Assembly: GCF_964355755.1 (NCBI RefSeq) | Contig: NC_092676.1 | Coordinates: 19,734,871 to 19,798,870 of the forward strand | Direction of reading: 5' to 3' | DNA from: Antedon mediterranea | Lineage: Eukaryota > Animalia > Echinodermata | Length of the DNA stretch: 64,000 bases | Shown here: positions 62,301 through 64,000 of the stretch, piece by piece | How the letters are laid out: the number at the start of each line of letters is the position of its first letter | Numbering within the stretch: the first letter of the stretch is position 1 | The notes under the pieces: model-generated | Databases searched by the model: none | The model's input: the letters and a program-made list of their open reading frames with translations, nothing else | Told to the model about the DNA's origin: nothing | Program-made: the position numbers and the translations under genes

Positions 62301-64000
62301 ACCATTTAAACACAGATTATTTCTACCCTACCCTCTAAATTTGGCTAGCTCATTGATTGACGCTGAAAATTCAGTAAACAAACAGTTGTTTCTATTTGTT
62401 GCCTTTTCTGGGAATTCTGGAAATTTCACAGGAGAGAGCGCGTGTGCCAATAATAATAAAGGGTAAAAAACAATATACAAATGCTGCCCTCAAGTTTATA
62501 GGAGGAAAAAACTTTTTACTTTTATGAAATAATTATGATATATTATGATTTACATAGCAAACTGTATGACATTACACCCAAATATATTGTATGATGGTAA
62601 GAATAAATGTTTTCTAAATCGACCTAGGCCTATGATATTACTACTTATCCACTTATCCAATGCAAGATATTCAGCTAATTAAAGTCCTACTTCTCTGTTG
62701 TCAGCCGATTTAACCACCATCATACACTTGTCATTTGATAGTTCATAGTTATGCTACCTTGCAAGAGTATTTAAATAGTCGTCTGTCAATTGTCATTTCA
62801 TTTCATATTAACGTTTGACGACACAAATAATAAACAGACCAATCAATACGGTACTGCAACACAAGTTTTATTGCTGAAAAAGAAGTATACAGTTCCACAT
62901 TAAATTAACATTTTCCTATTAATCAATATATATATATATATATATATATAATCTATGCATTTTTATTTATACACCATTTAAGAAGGCCCTATTATTGTAT
63001 AATGTTAGTAAAACGAAACTATATTATGAATAATACACTTCCCAATAATATAAATAGGCCTAAAGGCACGCTAAAAAAAATCATCATTACATCATCACTA
63101 TTTTATCAACCATCCTCATCATCAACAGCATCGTCGTGGTTATCATCATCATCCTCGAAGTACAACAATATCATATGTTATATGACATGAAGCTCAGAAT
63201 GTTGGGCTGTGTCCCTCTCTGTTGAAGGAGGACAGAGAGGATTCGAAATTTATTATTTTATATTCATAAGCAAGGACTCTTCCCCCATCTCACCTATTAG
63301 CTATTGTAACACACAGAGCAGCATCTTAATCCCTTTTTCATAACGAAAACACCCCGTTTACCCCCGTCTCTTTTACAACCCAACGTGTCTCAGCTGCTAA
63401 AACACGAAAGTGAGATGCAGTAATCCGGTGGAATGAAAACCATGATCGAATTCGCAAACGTACGGTACACAACATGTATAACGTAAACAAATAGGCATAT
63501 ATAGTATAATTACATAACTTTACAAATATTATTTAATATTTTGATGCACAAATTCACGACACTTATGCTCATTGCATTAATTTATAAAATATATCGAAAG
63601 TATGGTAGCGCTTTATCACTGATAAAGGCGTAAAAGCAAGCAACCGAAGAACTTTAATCTAAAATTTAAAAGCACCATTACATTCAATTATGATCATCTA
63701 TATTATCTTCACGACGTTTAACAGTAAATCCAAATATCAAAAGTTCAAACGGTAAACAAACATAAACCAACTGAAGAAAGTATACGTTTGTATGTAAATT
63801 AACCAAAAAAGGCAATTAATAATATTGATTAATTTGGAATATAGGCCTAAATTTTTTACGTCAGTGTTCTATTAAGCAATTCTTAGTAACTTTTAAACTA
63901 CACTGATCAACTCCCACCAACCATCTTCAACATTGTTCAACCCTTAAAAAAAATATACCAATCAAAAAACTCATAAAACTTTCTATACATCTGACTTCGA

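Overview
AT-rich eukaryotic (invertebrate animal) genomic DNA with GT-AG introns, tRNA-derived SINEs and many MITEs. An echinoderm or other invertebrate deuterostome origin is my inference, not proven. The minus strand carries three things: a complete PNISR (SFRS18) splicing-factor gene (CDS 7678->154, 10 coding exons plus an upstream exon near 9106-9180); a tandem cluster of five intronless, highly divergent rhodopsin-class GPCRs in two subfamilies (11147-22584, order A-B-B-A-B); and the deubiquitinase ZUP1/ZUFSP. Six ZUP1 coding exons lie at 57692-61670, but its 36-nt terminal exon (SMKIIKSERIP*) lies 33 kb away at 24622-24657. Inside that giant last intron, on the opposite strand, is a compact gene with a TATA/CCAAT promoter (CDS 38320-38628). 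It encodes a 102-aa protein I do not recognise, built around two copies of EDxxHxNxxCAGWxLTHGHR, and is surrounded by three identical ATTGCGAAATG (C/EBP-like) plus CAGCTG modules and a near-perfect 600-bp duplication. The rest is non-autonomous DNA transposons (Harbinger, Mutator/Merlin-like, pogo, probable Helentron carrying two tRNA-Val pseudogenes), SINEs and minisatellites. No CRISPR array or prokaryotic system is present. All calls are from manual reading; no searches were run.
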